IMG/VR virus record: IMGVR_UViG_2711768057_000005 | Source of the DNA: a virus | Taxonomy: Duplodnaviria; Heunggongvirae; Uroviricota; Caudoviricetes | Direction: 5' to 3' (one strand) | DNA length: 24,533 bases | Part shown: positions 1 through 9,232 of the stretch, piece by piece | Layout of the letters: the number at the start of each line of letters is the position of its first letter | Numbering within the stretch: position 1 is the stretch's first letter | Made by a program: the position numbers and the translations under genes | Notes under the pieces: model-generated | Seen by the model: the letters and a program-made list of their open reading frames with translations, nothing else | What the model was told of the DNA's origin: nothing | Database searches by the model: none

Positions 1-1284
1 TTACAGACTTCTGGAAGGTTGCGCAGCTCTTACAACACGCGGTTGATCTTCCGCAGCGTCTTCCAGCGCACTTAAATCACGGTCTTTCACTTCTGGCATT
101 TTCAGCGCAGAGATTAAACCAATCACTGAATATGCCATGATCATAATGGCGATCGGATACCAGGATTCCGTCATGGTGCAGAAAATACCCGCCAGGATAG
201 GACCAAAACCGGAAGCGATAAGACCACCAATTTCTTTAGAAATGGCCATCCGGGTAAAGCGGTTTTTACAGCCGAACATTTCTGCCATGGTAATGTTTTC
301 CAGAGCAAATAATCCCAGCACCGCACAGTTATGAATCACAATCAGTGCAACCATAATGGTGCTCGGGGCATAGCTTTTATCTACAATGATAGAAAGCATT
401 GGCCATGCCAGCACAATCGCGGAGGTATTCATAATAATATACGGGATCCGGCGACCAATTTTATCGGATAACCAACCAAGGAACGGAATGGTCATAAAGC
501 CGAGAATCGAACTAATCATCAATGCATCTGTTGGAATTGCTTTGTTAAACAATAACGTCTGCACTAAATAGCCTGCAAGGAAAGTCTGAATTAACCCGGA
601 GTTACCCGCCTGACCAAAACGCAGCCCTGTTGCCAGCCAGAAGGATTTGCTCTGGAACATGCTACCAGCAGGTGCAGGTTTTGCTGTGGGTTGGTTGCTG
701 TCATTAACCTTCTCAAAGACCGGGCTTTCTTTCAGATTCATACGTAACCAGATAGCAAAGACCATCACGACAACGCTCGCCAGGAACGGTATACGCCATC
801 CCCACGCCAGCAGTTCCTCTTTACTGAGAATGAAGAACATAAAGGCCCAGATTGCCGTTGCGCTCAAGGTTCCGCAGTTAGTTCCCATAGCTACAAATGA
901 GGAGATAATTCCGCGCTTACCTTTTGGTGCATATTCCGCCAGCATCGTACCGGCACCGGAAATTTCCGCACCTGCACCCAACCCCTGAATAATACGCAGC
1001 GTCACCAGCAAGATGGGGGCAAAAACACCAATCTGTGCATAGGTCGGTAACACACCAATTAAGGTGGTACAGATCCCCATCATGGTGATGGTAATAAAGA
1101 GCACTTTTTTACGCCCTATTCTGTCGCCCATTTTGCCGAAAATAAATGCTCCGACAATACGCGCCACATAACCTGCACCGTAGGTTCCCATTGCCAAAAT
1201 TAACGCCATTGCCGTTGATGATTCAGGAAAAAATATTTCATGAAACACCAACGCTGCGCCGAGCGAATATAACTGGAAATCCAT
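1..1284 (-). CDS. ydfJ: MFS transporter, metabolite:H+ symporter type (chromosomal flank)
   Basis: 427-aa ORF with many hydrophobic helices and the MFS loop signature GKMGDRIGRKKVL. Symbol is from recalled position next to Qin-type prophages in E. coli, not from a search. Confidence 0.75.
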   Translation of the reverse strand: MDFQLYSLGAALVFHEIFFPESSTAMALILAMGTYGAGYVARIVGAFIFGKMGDRIGRKKVLFITITMMGICTTLIGVLPTYAQIGVFAPILLVTLRIIQGLGAGAEISGAGTMLAEYAPKGKRGIISSFVAMGTNCGTLSATAIWAFMFFILSKEELLAWGWRIPFLASVVVMVFAIWLRMNLKESPVFEKVNDSNQPTAKPAPAGSMFQSKSFWLATGLRFGQAGNSGLIQTFLAGYLVQTLLFNKAIPTDALMISSILGFMTIPFLGWLSDKIGRRIPYIIMNTSAIVLAWPMLSIIVDKSYAPSTIMVALIVIHNCAVLGLFALENITMAEMFGCKNRFTRMAISKEIGGLIASGFGPILAGIFCTMTESWYPIAIMIMAYSVIGLISALKMPEVKDRDLSALEDAAEDQPRVVRAAQPSRSL

Positions 1285-2000
1285 AATTCACAGATGTTTT
1301 TTCTCATTCTGTGGTTTCCTTGGCGCTTTCTAGGTTTTTTCAGATAGTTACATTTTTTCAAAAGCATCCTGAGTTCGATCTTACTATCTATCTGTGGCCT
1401 ATTTCTGTCCCATATATGCCCCAAAAAACACCCCAACAGATAAGCAATCTTTTCATGGTGTTACGCGTAAAAACAATAACGGCTTGAAATTATTCAATAC
1501 ACTCTCGAAAGTGCATCAGCCAACCGCAGAACGTTATTGCATACAACGTTTCTGCGGCATATCACGAAACGATTACTTAATGACTGGGACTTCAGACCAC
1601 TCAATATCCGGTACAATTATGTATCAACGCAGTTTAACAACACCCTATATTTAATCCAGAGTGCGAGCAACGTTGTCCCTTTCTCTTTTGCACTCTTAAA
1701 ATATACGATTACTTAAGTGAAGATGCTTGACGAATCGCCAAATAAAACATCTTCATCAGCATAAAAATCCATATATGATTGAAAATTTAGTCATTAATAC
1801 CATTCATATCTGAATACTAACCTAATACGCTTACTAACCGTGAGAAATCTTTTTTTTCGACTTAATCACTCGAAATAAACTTTCACTCAATTGAAAACAA
1901 TTAGCTACAATTATCATTGCAATATCAAATCAAACATAACAACTTGCATAAATTCTCATGGGATACAGCATCAGTTGTGCCAAACACATAAGGAATTGAA

Positions 2001-2198
2001 ATGGACGGAGAAAGCTTTAACTTTGATGACAATGATATTGAATTTATTGCTTCAATGTATGCATCATGTAAATTATCAGGAAGTATCGCCCCCATAATGC
2101 ATATAATGGTTAGCATTCCAAAAAATAAGAAAAAACAATTCTACGAACGAGTTGAGCATTATTGTAGTTTATATTCCAATAAAAACCCACCTTCTTAA
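2001..2198 (+). CDS. hypothetical small acidic protein (65 aa)
   Basis: ATG at 2001 preceded by AAGGAA (1990-1995) at 5-nt spacing. Lies in an AT-rich, otherwise ORF-poor stretch. No recognisable family. Confidence 0.25.
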   Translation: MDGESFNFDDNDIEFIASMYASCKLSGSIAPIMHIMVSIPKNKKKQFYERVEHYCSLYSNKNPPS

Positions 2199-2340
2199 AT
2201 TCGCTGCATTCTAGTGGATTCCATTAAGAAAACAATGACATACACTCAAACACATCTTTTTTATCAACAGTGAATTTCAGTTCGGCCAGTTTTTACCAGC
2301 TATTATAAAAATAGCACCCATATAAAGTTTTTACCCCACA

Positions 2341-2432
2341 GGTACAGCTGGCCATTCGATAACCGCACTAAGGAAGTGCCAACACGACATCAGCAAGACC
2401 CGATATTTCTTCCATGCCGCCAGCAACGATGT
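2341..2432 (-). pseudogene. remnant of a second tail fibre assembly (tfa) gene 3' end
   Basis: Nucleotide similarity by eye between 2341-2432 and the 3' end of the intact tfa at 3030-3110 (shared GGCCATTC..CCCGATA.TTCTTCCA..CCAGCAACGA). The translation recovers a ..IEWPAVPVG-like C-terminus only across a frame break. Confidence 0.45.
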
Positions 2433-2902
2433 TAAGGTTAAATTAATTATAAAAAAATATATTATAATTCCATCTTCGCATTAAATTTTAACCTTTAATC
2501 TCCACACGGAACAAGTTGCATAGGTGACTATATTAAGAAAACTTATAACCACCAAAAAGATTTGCTTTGCAAGCAAAAACAGTGACCATTGACTCTAAGA
2601 AAATTCCGATCTATTGTTAGTGTCATCAAAGTTACTTAACAGTATTCCGAAATGAAAATACAAAGCAAGCTAATTGTCTTATTAAACATTATCATTGCAT
2701 TTATATTATTTGAGCTTTTAGCTCAAAAATTTGGTTTGAGTACATTATTTTAAAGCAAGATAAACAATATCGGGCACTCTAGTTTTTATAATTAACAATT
2801 AAACGCCCATAAAATGTTATTTACTTTTCTTCGCTATTGTCATATCTTAATATAGTGGCTTACGCCACTCTACTTTCATCATATTTTGTACGTTTATGTA
2901 CT

Positions 2903-2932
2903 CGCCATGAAGCTCTTTCATGGCGATTTTTT
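2903..2932 (+). terminator. intrinsic terminator-like hairpin (orphan)
   Basis: 9-bp perfect stem CGCCATGAA / TTCATGGCG with a 5-nt loop, followed by A then TTTTTT. No annotated plus-strand gene ends just upstream. Confidence 0.4.
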
Positions 2933-3018
2933 ATTCTTAATCCAAGAACATACTCCCTACCTATAGAAAAATCACTTTTTGAACAAAAGAATAACGTATT
3001 TAGGTAATCATTACGAAT

Positions 3019-3600
3019 TTACCCTATAGGTGCTACTGGCCATTCAATATCCGGTGCAGTTGTTGTATTAACACGGTTCAGCAACACCCGATACTTCTTC
3101 CAGGCTTCCAGCAACGAGATTTCTTCCTCCGTTGCAATTTCCAGATCTGCAGCATCCTGAAGCGGCGCAATATGCTCACTGGCTACCTGCATCAGGTTGT
3201 TTTTTGTTTCTTCCGCCTCCCGGATCCGGAACAGTTTTTCTGCTTCCGTATCCTTCACCCAGGCTGTGCCGTTCCACTTCTGATATTCCCCTTCCGGCGA
3301 TAACCAGGTGACATTTTCCGGTAACGAGCCAAGTTCAGAAATAAATAACGCGTCGCCGGAAGCCACGTCATAGACGGTTTTTCCCCGATGATCTTCAACG
3401 AGATGCCACGATGCCTCATCACTGTTGAAAACAGCCACAAAGCCAGCCGGAATATCTGGCGGTGCAATATCGGTACTGTTTGCTGGCAGACCTGTATGAG
3501 GCGGAATATATGCGTCACCTTCACCAATAAATTCATTAGTTCCGGCCAGCAGATTATAAATTTTTATGGTCCGTGGTTGTTCACTCATTCTGAATGCCAT
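3019..3600 (-). CDS. tfaQ: tail fibre assembly protein (Tfa)
   Basis: 193 aa beginning [24 protein letters not shown], the N-terminus I recall for TfaQ/TfaR/TfaE of E. coli cryptic prophages. Its start shares one base with the upstream fibre gene stop (TAATG). Confidence 0.8.
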   Translation of the reverse strand: MAFRMSEQPRTIKIYNLLAGTNEFIGEGDAYIPPHTGLPANSTDIAPPDIPAGFVAVFNSDEASWHLVEDHRGKTVYDVASGDALFISELGSLPENVTWLSPEGEYQKWNGTAWVKDTEAEKLFRIREAEETKNNLMQVASEHIAPLQDAADLEIATEEEISLLEAWKKYRVLLNRVNTTTAPDIEWPVAPIG

Positions 3601-5297
3601 TATGCAAGCCTCACAATATAGTTAAATGCGATGTTTTTGACGGTGTTTTCCGCGTTACCAGCAGCGTTAACGGTGATGGTGTGTCCATGTGAACCAATCG
3701 CAACGGAGTGCGTGTGTGCACCAATACCGACAGTATGTGCGTGTGCACCTGCAGATGCTGCTGTGCCGGACAGTGAGTGGCTATGGTTACCATCTGTACT
3801 GGTATTAGCTAACGCCCCCGTAGACATACCTACTGAGCCTTGTACACCCCAGGTATTTTGACCTGAGCTTGTATAACCATATTGATAAGTATCTTTAAAA
3901 ACACTGGGGTTAAATCGACGGCCATCTCTATGGCTGTGATTACCAGCTGCATTCGTGCTGCCACTTAAACTATGGGTATGCGCACCAGTGTTATTCGTGG
4001 ATTTAGTGCCGTAATCAAACGACGATGTGGTTTTCGTCCCCAAATCAGTACTGGATGCGCTGGCGCTGTGGGTATGCGATTTTATGCCGTCCTGTTCCTG
4101 AGACAATACGGCACGACCACTGGCGGGCTTGCCCTTAATCGTCCAGCCACGCATATCAGGGATCACGCCTGACGGATAAGCGGCTGCAAGTTTCGGGTAG
4201 GCAGATTTGTCAAAAGTCTGCCCCTGCATCAGGGCATAACCAGACGGAACGGTATCTGATGGCCACGGGATTGGTGCGCCGACTGGGTAGCTTTCTGGTG
4301 GAAGATTTTTCGAGGTATAAACTTCTGCCCAGTCTTCCTCAAAACCATAACCGTCTCTTGAAGAACGGTAGAACAGACCACCATTTCTGTAATGCGCCTT
4401 CATCTGCAAGGTCCGGCAACTTCCGACTCCGGTATAGAAGTTAACCAGAATATAGCTGTCGCCAGAGCGGGTGACATTATAAGCGCCTGATTCGGCATTC
4501 CAGGGAACGCCACCATCCGCATCGGCATATGTATCCGTTGCCCTTCTGGCAAAAGCAGCCACATGCGCGGCGGTTAAAGTAATATCTTTGGAACCATCAA
4601 ACTCAACACCAGAAACCCGTCTTGGCGTTTGCAGCTTTGTTGCTGTTAATGCATTACCGTTCAGACTTGCGGACAGTTTGGTTCCAATAACCAGTTCGCC
4701 GGTTGCGTTATCAATAGCAAACGGTCTTAATGTATTCCAGCCACCATAAACATCACCTTGATTGGTAAGCAGCAGGTAAGTTTTAGCGCCATCATTACGC
4801 CATAATGCCCCATACTCCCCACCTATCATTCGAATCTGATTACCACCACGCGCTACAATTTCGTCTGTGGCAAAAAGTTTTTTGCACGACAAGTTATCGT
4901 TAACGATTAATGAATGAGACTCATAAAAACCACGCCCACTCTTAAAATCAAGGATAACGTCCGCCGCGATACATTCAGTCGCCGGATTTGTTGCCCCAAA
5001 CTTATAGGTCGTATCATTAACAACGAGATCAGCACCAGGTGCGGATATTGACAGGCCATCTTCGATAAACGCAAAAACAGGGAAAGCAGCGCCATCAACA
5101 TAGAACACAGAGCGCAAATCATCGCCCTTATTACTCATCATTATTGAGTGGATGGCTCGTTCATTGTTTTGATATTGCCAGAACATTCCATAAGCATAAC
5201 GCCCCCTGTCAGTCCAGCCACCAGGCATAACAAATCCGTTATTCGAGCAACCCACCAGCGATATCAGCAGGAACAGGCAGATCACAGGTTTTTTCAC
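3600..5297 (-). CDS. side tail fibre C-terminal (receptor-binding) region with a lipoprotein-type N-terminus; probable fusion or truncation
   Basis: The C-terminal ~330 aa carry the lambda Stf / StfR-like tip ([21 protein letters not shown], repeated HTHS/HSHS histidine boxes, ending [11 protein letters not shown]). The N-terminus [18 protein letters not shown] looks like a signal peptide with lipobox; it starts at GTG 5297 and overlaps the Rz 3' end in the +1 frame. Confidence 0.6.
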   Translation of the reverse strand: MKKPVICLFLLISLVGCSNNGFVMPGGWTDRGRYAYGMFWQYQNNERAIHSIMMSNKGDDLRSVFYVDGAAFPVFAFIEDGLSISAPGADLVVNDTTYKFGATNPATECIAADVILDFKSGRGFYESHSLIVNDNLSCKKLFATDEIVARGGNQIRMIGGEYGALWRNDGAKTYLLLTNQGDVYGGWNTLRPFAIDNATGELVIGTKLSASLNGNALTATKLQTPRRVSGVEFDGSKDITLTAAHVAAFARRATDTYADADGGVPWNAESGAYNVTRSGDSYILVNFYTGVGSCRTLQMKAHYRNGGLFYRSSRDGYGFEEDWAEVYTSKNLPPESYPVGAPIPWPSDTVPSGYALMQGQTFDKSAYPKLAAAYPSGVIPDMRGWTIKGKPASGRAVLSQEQDGIKSHTHSASASSTDLGTKTTSSFDYGTKSTNNTGAHTHSLSGSTNAAGNHSHRDGRRFNPSVFKDTYQYGYTSSGQNTWGVQGSVGMSTGALANTSTDGNHSHSLSGTAASAGAHAHTVGIGAHTHSVAIGSHGHTITVNAAGNAENTVKNIAFNYIVRLA

Positions 5298-5562
5298 GGC
5301 GGAGAATCTCCCGGTATTCGATTACGGTTTTTTCGGTGCTGGTGTCGATCAGGGAGTTAAGACTGTTGGCATGTTCTGCAACCTGATTGAATCGATTGAA
5401 GTTGAATGCCTGGGTGGCGATTACCTGCCCCAGCATAGAGTTGTCACTTCGCAGAACGTCGTTATCGCTCTGAAGATTACTGGCGTAAGAGCAACTCTTG
5501 ACGAGAGCGACCGAAAGGCCAGCAATAACGACAACGCCTATAAGATCCGGATTAATTTTCAT
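5239..5562 (-). CDS. Rz-like i-spanin
   Basis: Position immediately after the endolysin with an ATGA start/stop overlap at 5559-5562. N-terminal TM segment ([21 protein letters not shown]) then a hydrophilic periplasmic region. The track ORF has a 31-codon N-terminal extension that I trimmed. Confidence 0.65.
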   Translation of the reverse strand: MKINPDLIGVVVIAGLSVALVKSCSYASNLQSDNDVLRSDNSMLGQVIATQAFNFNRFNQVAEHANSLNSLIDTSTEKTVIEYREILRREKTCDLPVPADIAGGLLE

Positions 5563-6101
5563 TGCTCCAGCCCCCAGCACGCCAGTGCGCTTTCCTGATC
5601 GCGCCGCTCGACCTGCCCATAACAGCCATTCTTCTGCCCTTTTGTCAGGCGGCAATCACGCCCACCATCTTTTATCCACCAGCGAATCGCCTCGCATGCC
5701 CCCTTACGATCATCGGCATTCAGCCGCTTATAAAACGTCGACGGGAAACACTTACCGGGGCCAATGTTATAGGGACAAAATGACGCTATACCCGCTTTCT
5801 GTGGTTCGGTCAGTGGCACTTTAATATTGCGCTCCACCCATGCCAGCGCCTTATCCCGTTCAATGGCGTTAACCTGGTCGCATTTTTCCTTCGACAGTTT
5901 CATACCGGGAAAAACGGGTTTTCCATCCACCACCGTGGCACCCCGACAGATGGTCCAGATGCCGGAACCATCGCGGTATGCCGTTGTGTGGTTACCTTCT
6001 TTTTCATTCAGAAACTGGTCGAGAATATCAGGCGCAGGCGCACCGACGGCAATCAGTGCCAGAACGGCAGCCGACAGGCCGTATCTGATTTTTACGTTCA
6101 T
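5559..6101 (-). CDS. SAR endolysin, GH24 (T4/P21-type) lysozyme
   Basis: Catalytic E-x8-D-x5-T spacing in EGNHTTAYRDGSGIWT. Weakly hydrophobic Gly/Ala-rich N-terminus (LSAAVLALIAVGAPAP) typical of signal-anchor-release endolysins. Overall pattern resembles E. coli prophage RrrD/R21 lysozymes from memory. Confidence 0.85.
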   Translation of the reverse strand: MNVKIRYGLSAAVLALIAVGAPAPDILDQFLNEKEGNHTTAYRDGSGIWTICRGATVVDGKPVFPGMKLSKEKCDQVNAIERDKALAWVERNIKVPLTEPQKAGIASFCPYNIGPGKCFPSTFYKRLNADDRKGACEAIRWWIKDGGRDCRLTKGQKNGCYGQVERRDQESALACWGLEQ

Positions 6102-6206
6102 GGATTTTTATCAGGATTTATCGGTTTCTGAACCCTGGATATGTTTATCTGTCCCGGCCTGTTGAATCAGGCAAGGAATAGTTAAATACAATAGAGAGGA
6201 TTGTTT

Positions 6207-6479
6207 ATGGACAATAGCACCATTTCTCTACAGGAGTTGCTCGACTGCATTTCCAAGCTTCGGGATGATGTAAATGCCCTTACTGTCGCATTTTCATATC
6301 TGGCATTCTCAATTCCCAAGGAACAAATGCAACCAACACTGGCATCGCTCCAGCTTGAATCACTCAACCCCAAATGGTCCCAGCAACAACAAAATTCTTT
6401 CAAGTGGCTGGCGATATTACTGGAAGAAAAATATGCTGGTGAAATTACCATTTCGGCGGAGTCTTCAGAGAACCAGTAA
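6207..6479 (+). CDS. hypothetical protein (90 aa), opposite strand inside the lysis cassette
   Basis: ATG at 6207 with SD GAGAGGA (6194-6200). Hydrophilic, helical-looking product (MDNSTISLQELLDCISKLRDD...). Overlaps the 3' end of the minus-strand 6445..6789 gene by 35 nt. Confidence 0.4.
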   Translation: MDNSTISLQELLDCISKLRDDVNALTVAFSYLAFSIPKEQMQPTLASLQLESLNPKWSQQQQNSFKWLAILLEEKYAGEITISAESSENQ

Positions 6480-6789
6480 TTCTTCCCGGTAGCTTTCCTT
6501 TGTAGGTTATCCACACATTCTGCGCCTCTAAAATTATGGGGCGCTTTTCCGGCGACAGCTCATCCCCTTCACATAACCCGGCAGCAACATCCAGGAAGAC
6601 CTGTCTGATGCTCCTTCTGGCTGCTGCCTCATAAAACTCCAGCGCGGCACCTTCAACACGGTCCAGCGAGATGTCCAGGTCAAAAATTTCACCGTCAAAG
6701 CGTTCTTTGTCCCGTAACGCTAAAGTTACCGTAACTTTATTCTCAAAATTGCGGATCCCTTTCACAATCAGTTCATATTTTTGAGTCAT
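6445..6789 (-). CDS. hypothetical protein between holin and endolysin (YdfR-position)
   Basis: 114-aa ORF, ATG 6789 five nt after the holin stop. Sits where ydfR lies in Qin-type lysis cassettes; the sequence match is recalled only loosely. Confidence 0.55.
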   Translation of the reverse strand: MTQKYELIVKGIRNFENKVTVTLALRDKERFDGEIFDLDISLDRVEGAALEFYEAAARRSIRQVFLDVAAGLCEGDELSPEKRPIILEAQNVWITYKGKLPGRITGSLKTPPKW

Positions 6790-6793
6790 TGAA

Positions 6794-7009
6794 TTACTCT
6801 CCCCGTGCAGCCTTACGCTTGTCTTCTTTAATCTTGAAATAAAGGTTTGTCAGGTACGTCAGCAGGCCAAATACCAGGCTACCCAGCACACCTATTGCTG
6901 CCCACTGTGAGGGCGTGACTTTATCGAGCAGCTGTAAAAACCAGTAGCCAGCACTGCCTGCGGAGGTGCCGTAGGCAATGCCTGTTGAAATTTTGTCCAT
7001 GGATTTCAT
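6794..7009 (-). CDS. class II holin (pinholin S21-like) with dual-start motif
   Basis: 71-aa product [26 protein letters not shown]...[22 protein letters not shown], nearly identical to my memory of phage 21 S / EssD. Met1 and Met4 give the holin/antiholin dual start. The track ORF carries a 19-codon N-terminal extension that I trimmed. Confidence 0.85.
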   Translation of the reverse strand: MKSMDKISTGIAYGTSAGSAGYWFLQLLDKVTPSQWAAIGVLGSLVFGLLTYLTNLYFKIKEDKRKAARGE

Positions 7010-7111
7010 AGCCTCACCTCCGCACGGAACGGATGGCATAGTTATTATGTGTAGGCTTCCAGACACATCAATCGGAGCCTTAATTGATATATATGCTGGA
7101 GACGATGCAAT

Positions 7112-7137
7112 ATAAAAAGCTCGCCGTAGCGAGCTAA
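7112..7137 (-). terminator. intrinsic terminator downstream of the lipoprotein pair
   Basis: Minus strand reads AGCTCGC-TACG-GCGAGCT followed by TTTTTATATT. Located between the lipoprotein gene end (7261) and the holin start (7009). Confidence 0.5.
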
Positions 7138-7260
7138 TAAAATGTATTTCTCTGATATTATGTTTATTTGTATTAGCTCAGACTTGACATCACAGGTTTC
7201 GTATATAGAACATCATCAAATCTGTCAGTTTGCTATGAATGAGATATAGTAATTGAAGAG

Positions 7261-7656
7261 CTAACCTCGCATGTCAAAGCCAGATTTCTGAAAATCTCTG
7301 TAGACTTCCGGATTGTTGAAGGCCGGAAATTTGGCTTTATGAGCTGCGGACTTTATCGCTTCGCAATAGGCTTTATCACCGTTACTGGTAGATATTTTTA
7401 ACGCCGTGCCATCCTGAGAGAATTCCATATGCAACCTGCATTTTTTCCCTTTCCAGTTATGCGGCTCATCAAGTTTGGCATTAATTGCAGCTCTGATTCC
7501 CCGCGCTTGCGCCCCCCATTCATCCTGATCATCCCAGCGTCCTGAACTGCAACTACCTGTAGCAGTAGTTTTGTGGCAATCTGAAGGGTGTAAAGGTGTG
7601 CATCCCGCAACAAAACCGACCCAAAAAGTCAACATAACGATTTTCTTTAATCCCAC
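7261..7656 (-). CDS. lipoprotein with TolA C-terminal (domain III)-like region, paralogue 1
   Basis: GTG 7656 with SD GAGGAG. Signal peptide plus lipobox (FVAGC). C-terminal KGKKCRLHMEFSQDG..GDKAYCEAIKSAAHKAKFPAFNNPEVYRDFQ matches the TolA domain-III pattern (C.L.....DG...GD...C.A...A.....P.....VY..F) more weakly than its neighbour. Confidence 0.7.
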   Translation of the reverse strand: MGLKKIVMLTFWVGFVAGCTPLHPSDCHKTTATGSCSSGRWDDQDEWGAQARGIRAAINAKLDEPHNWKGKKCRLHMEFSQDGTALKISTSNGDKAYCEAIKSAAHKAKFPAFNNPEVYRDFQKSGFDMRG

Positions 7657-7806
7657 TTCTTGCTCCTCAATCCATTAAAATCTCAGCAATAGTAGTTGTT
7701 ACGTCCGCCACTGGCTCAGAGCTGACTATCCGCTAGATTTAGCTCAGTGCCGTAGTTGTGTCAGAACAAACCTAAGCCGAAACCGTTTATTACAAAACAA
7801 TAAATA

Positions 7807-8235
7807 TCAGGGTTTAAAATCCAGCACCCCATTTTGAAATACTTTATATACTTCCGGCGAAGGGGGGGCAGGTATATCAGCATTCTTTATCGCATTCATC
7901 GCTTCACGACATAAATCGAGGTCTCCACTTTCTCTTTTAACCTCCAGTAGAAGGCCATTCGGGGCCATATGCATTCTCAGTGTACACTCTTTTCCTGAAT
8001 ACTTACTCGCATCCCCGAACTGTTTTTCGATGGCGCTCTTGATTTGATGGGCATACAGACGGATATCCTCACTAACATCAGAAGTACGTTCAGATGAACT
8101 CACATACTGTGTCTCTATTGCTTTATCGGAGTAATATGATGTACGGTCATGATAATTTGTCGATACAGCATCAGTGCACCCGATAATAATCCCACTAATA
8201 ATCAACGTAAGAATTGATGCGCTACGAAAACCCAT
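7807..8235 (-). CDS. lipoprotein with TolA C-terminal (domain III)-like region, paralogue 2
   Basis: ATG 8235 with SD GAGGA. Signal peptide plus lipobox (IIGC). C-terminal 85 aa (YAHQIKSAIEKQFGDASKYSGKECTLRMHMAPNGLLLEVK..GDLDLCREAMNAIKNADIPAPPSPEVYKVFQNGVLDFKP) closely resemble my recollection of the E. coli TolA C-terminus (..GQIKSAIESKF.DAS.Y.GK.CTLR...APDG.LL.IK...GD..LC.......K.A.IP.PPS..VY.VF.N..LDFKP). Confidence 0.8.
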   Translation of the reverse strand: MGFRSASILTLIISGIIIGCTDAVSTNYHDRTSYYSDKAIETQYVSSSERTSDVSEDIRLYAHQIKSAIEKQFGDASKYSGKECTLRMHMAPNGLLLEVKRESGDLDLCREAMNAIKNADIPAPPSPEVYKVFQNGVLDFKP

Positions 8236-8264
8236 TTTTCCTCACATATGTCATATAGTAAAGG

Positions 8265-8294
8265 ATTATATATACCGTTGTTTTGGACGCTCAA
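8265..8294 (-). promoter_or_regulatory. candidate sigma70 promoter for the lipoprotein pair
   Basis: On the minus strand TTGAGC, an 18-nt spacer, then TATAAT, ending about 30 nt upstream of the 8235 start. Pattern only. Confidence 0.3.
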
Positions 8295-8768
8295 ACAGCG
8301 AATCAGATCAAATAAAACGCACATTTGTTAACATTTACACAAAGTCTGCGTGGGATATTCTGAAAGAATATCCATAATGTGGAGAGAATCTATTGAAGTG
8401 CATGGTGCCGGGGGCCTCCCGGTGAATTCAGTACCAGCACCTGAATCCACGATTATCCCATATACCTACTCGCTGATTGCCCCTCCGCACAGGGGGATTC
8501 ACCATGCCAGTTTCTTTTAACAAACTCCCCGCAAACCAGAGAACAGTCAACCGCCTGAATTGTGAAGTATTTAAAAATTTCTCCCGCTAACTGATACCCG
8601 GCTAACAGTCTGGCGTTTTCTTTTTCAGCAACGGGAAAGCAACAACTACCACACCCGCCACCAGCACACCGTCAGCCAGCACTGACATTATCCGGCTGCT
8701 GCAATGCCATTCACAAAAACAGTAAGCAATCACTTTTTACCGTAACAGGTGATAATCCAGATATGTAT

Positions 8769-9122
8769 CTACCCCAGATGAGTAATCCGAAGTTCATCCA
8801 TACCACAGGTCCTGGCTATTCTGTTGTACTCCTGAACAAGAGCAAATAATTCTGAATTAGCAACCATGAACTCATCGCAAACCCTCTGTATAGCATCACT
8901 ATTCAGAATAATAACGTCTCTTCCCGAAAGACGATCAGGAGCACAGAACAAAACTGTCAAACGGCTGAAGGCCTTTGCTCGTGCTGCATTGACTATATCA
9001 ATACGCTGCCTAAGGATGAAACACCCCGACGCCTCATCAATATTCACTCTACCCACACCATATGAATGATAAATATTTAATGCTGAAAAAACCATTAGAC
9101 CGTATAACAAACACTCAATCAA
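8769..9122 (-). CDS. hypothetical protein (weak call)
   Basis: 117-aa ORF. The 9122 start is TTG without a clear SD; an ATG at 9095 is also possible. No family recognised. Confidence 0.3.
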   Translation of the reverse strand: MIECLLYGLMVFSALNIYHSYGVGRVNIDEASGCFILRQRIDIVNAARAKAFSRLTVLFCAPDRLSGRDVIILNSDAIQRVCDEFMVANSELFALVQEYNRIARTCGMDELRITHLG

Positions 9123-9232
9123 TACTTAACAGAACTTTTATTTTTGACAAACATATAATGTTTTCAACAATATCCTGAGCCAGGTATATTCCAGTATAAG
9201 GCTCTGCCGGAAGGAATCTGGAAGAATGAATA

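Noticed and set aside
1524-1558. Near-perfect 12-bp inverted repeat (CCGCAGAACGTT ... AACGTTTCTGCGG) upstream of the MFS transporter gene
   Set aside because: No U-tract on either strand, so not a terminator. It may be a regulator binding site, but one palindrome without context is too weak to call.
5371-6165. Plus-strand ORFs overlapping the Rz and endolysin genes (5371..5598, 5498..5824, 5562..5783, 5827..6165)
   Set aside because: Antisense to confidently assigned lysis genes, with Pro/Ala/Arg-rich translations typical of GC-rich shadow frames.
6182-6514. 110-aa minus-strand ORF in the holin-endolysin gap
   Set aside because: Cys/Ser-rich, compositionally odd product that overlaps the better-supported plus-strand 6207..6479 ORF (strong SD); treated as a shadow frame.
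7010-8768. Shiga toxin genes in the tRNA-to-holin slot
   Set aside because: The only ORFs here are the two TolA-like lipoproteins and a weak 117-aa ORF; nothing resembles StxA or StxB in size or sequence.
9123-9232. A third tRNA (argO-like) next to the two tRNAs
   Set aside because: I looked for a T-arm signature (GGTTCGAATCC-like) and acceptor pairing in the flanking sequence and found none.
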